Shown one piece after another: positions 62,320 through 64,000 of a stretch of 64,000 nt of DNA. The DNA comes from Octopus sinensis (Eukaryota): positions 22,580,464 through 22,644,463 of the forward strand of contig NC_043011.1 of the NCBI RefSeq assembly GCF_006345805.1, given 5' to 3'. Under the pieces are notes generated by a model, which was not told where the DNA came from, searched no databases, and was given only the letters and a program-made list of their open reading frames with translations. The position numbers were made by a program, and so were the translations under genes. Every line of letters starts with the position of its first letter. Position 1 is the stretch's first letter.

Positions 62320-62381
<62 letters not shown>

Positions 62382-62516
62382 GTGGTGTGTGTGTGTGTAC
62401 GTGTACATGTGCGTGTATGTATGTGTGCATGTATGTGCGTATGCATGTATGTATGTGTGTATGTATGTATGCATGTATGTATGTAAATATATATGTACAT
62501 ATGTATTTGCGAATCC

Positions 62517-63186
62517 TCTGTATACTATTAAAAGTGAAGTTCAATATTGCTTGCTTGCAATGTTACACAGCCAAACTGGCACATAATGGGAAAATACTTT
62601 GAAAGTAAAGTGTCCCTGAAATGTGAATACGAACAGAATAAAACAAGTTTCGCGTAAATCGGACCTGTAGTTATTGAGATATTCGGAGTTTTGGTGTATA
62701 AATACCCCCAAACGGTGCATAATGGGAAATTACTCCGAAAATAACTTAACCTTGAAAGGGAAGAAACCTTCCCATTAGACATATTATGATTGGCAAAATA
62801 TTTTAAAGTGAAAATGTCTTTAATAGTACGGTAAATATTTCGTAAAAGACCCGTTAGTAACCTCGGTGTGAAATAGTTTTTTTCAATAGGTTTCTTTCAA
62901 GTGCATTCAAAGATTTGGCTGCTACTTCCAGTGCGCCCTACCACCATGTAACAGCTATTTGCGATAAAGGGCCCGAAATACCTGTTATGTGGTAGCAGGG
63001 TGTGCAAGAAATAGCAGCTATATCTTTCCTTTTCTGAGGAAAGGAGCCGTTTACGCGTGATTTCGATGCCACATTCGTTGAAAGCATGCGAAATAACATG
63101 ACAAAGAAAAAAACCCCACGAAAGAAATCTCCGTTGCTGAGAAACTCAGACCTCCCCGGTGACCCAACGGGTCAAGGGTAGACTAG
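62517..63186 (+). mobile_element. Non-autonomous Helitron (family H1), second copy
   Basis: Collinear with 3742-4438 (~85% by eye); TC start; ends ggtgacccaacgggtcaagggtagaCTAG|T. Confidence 0.88.
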
Positions 63187-63303
63187 TCTACTATATAAAT
63201 GCGAGTGTATGTGTGTTTAACCCGAAAGGCTCTGAAATGGTGCGTGCTCGAGAAATACGTATTTGACTTTCGAAAATGCACTCCAAAAAGAATGCTGTCC
63301 GTG

Positions 63304-63350
<47 letters not shown>

Positions 63351-63874
63351 TAGTAACATGAACTTCTAACTTGTCTCTTGAGGTCTCTGGGTGAGACTTG
63401 GAGTCAACTTGAACAAAAGAAAGCAAAAGTCAAACATGTAGTAGTAGTAGTAGTAGTAGTAGTAATATAAATAATAATAATAATAATAATATAATTTTCT
63501 ATAAGAGACAATTCAACTTTTAACTCTACAAATCTCACACTCTCTATTTGTCACCATCTTTGTCACTCTCTCTCTCTCTCTCTCTCCCTCTCTCTCTCTT
63601 TATATATGCATTAACTCTCGGGCATTACTTTCATTTTATTTAAAACTTCTTTTAATGTTTATTCTCAGTTTTATGACAGCTATTACAAATCCTGTTTTCT
63701 GACTAGGTAAATATGATCAAACTTTGAATATCTGTAATATTTTTCTAAAACTTTTTTCCCGAATTAATGAATCACAAACTCAGATCGTGCCTGAAAAAGT
63801 ATATCAATATACCAAATTTGAAAATGTTCACTCAATCTTAAAATTTCAAAATTTGTGACAGGGACAGAAAAAGA

Positions 63875-63944
<70 letters not shown>

Positions 63945-64000
63945 AAAGATATAAGGTACTCAGAAATCTTGATGGTTTTATATTTACAGATTTTTATTAA

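Larger units (their letters stand above)
62062..62320. mobile_element. Penelope-like terminal sequence duplicated as a perfect 188-bp palindrome, flanked by (TA)n
   Basis: 62133-62226 is the exact reverse complement of 62227-62320 (centre ccgata|tatcgg); the ORF track shows identical MEPIYRFHSNK... peptides on both strands. Confidence 0.85.

Noticed and set aside
1-64000. CRISPR array, prokaryotic operons or host protein-coding gene
   Set aside because: No regular repeat-spacer array; all recognisable peptides are transposon-derived and broken by frameshifts or stops.

Overview
This is a eukaryotic, AT-rich, repeat-saturated window with one 100-N scaffold gap (53023-53122). I find no supportable host protein-coding exon, rRNA, true tRNA gene or CRISPR array. 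The three abundant tRNA-derived SINE families (here SINE-A, -B, -C) look like octopus SINEs I recall, so this is probably an intergenic or intronic region of an Octopus genome; that is recall, not a database match. Contents: decayed LINEs (CR1/L2, RTE, L1/Tx1, R4/Dong), DNA-transposon remnants (three mariners, Tigger/pogo, hAT-, mariner- and piggyBac-type MITEs), non-autonomous Helitrons with TC...hairpin-CTAG ends, Penelope-like ends carrying type I hammerhead ribozyme (HHR) motifs, and long (TA)n/(TACA)n tracts that generate most of the spurious ORFs. Main observations: (1) a perfect zero-spacer 188-bp palindrome (62133-62320) with two back-to-back HHRs, plus further divergent HHRs, two sharing an unusual U4C core change; (2) six or seven recent fold-back/template-switch inverted duplications, several centred on TA repeats; (3) a 2.2-kb composite Helitron that splits a piggyBac-type MITE exactly at an A|T site; (4) two ~1.5-kb tandem duplications; (5) 3'-tail swapping within SINE families. 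Coordinates of decayed elements and all identity estimates are approximate, from reading by eye.
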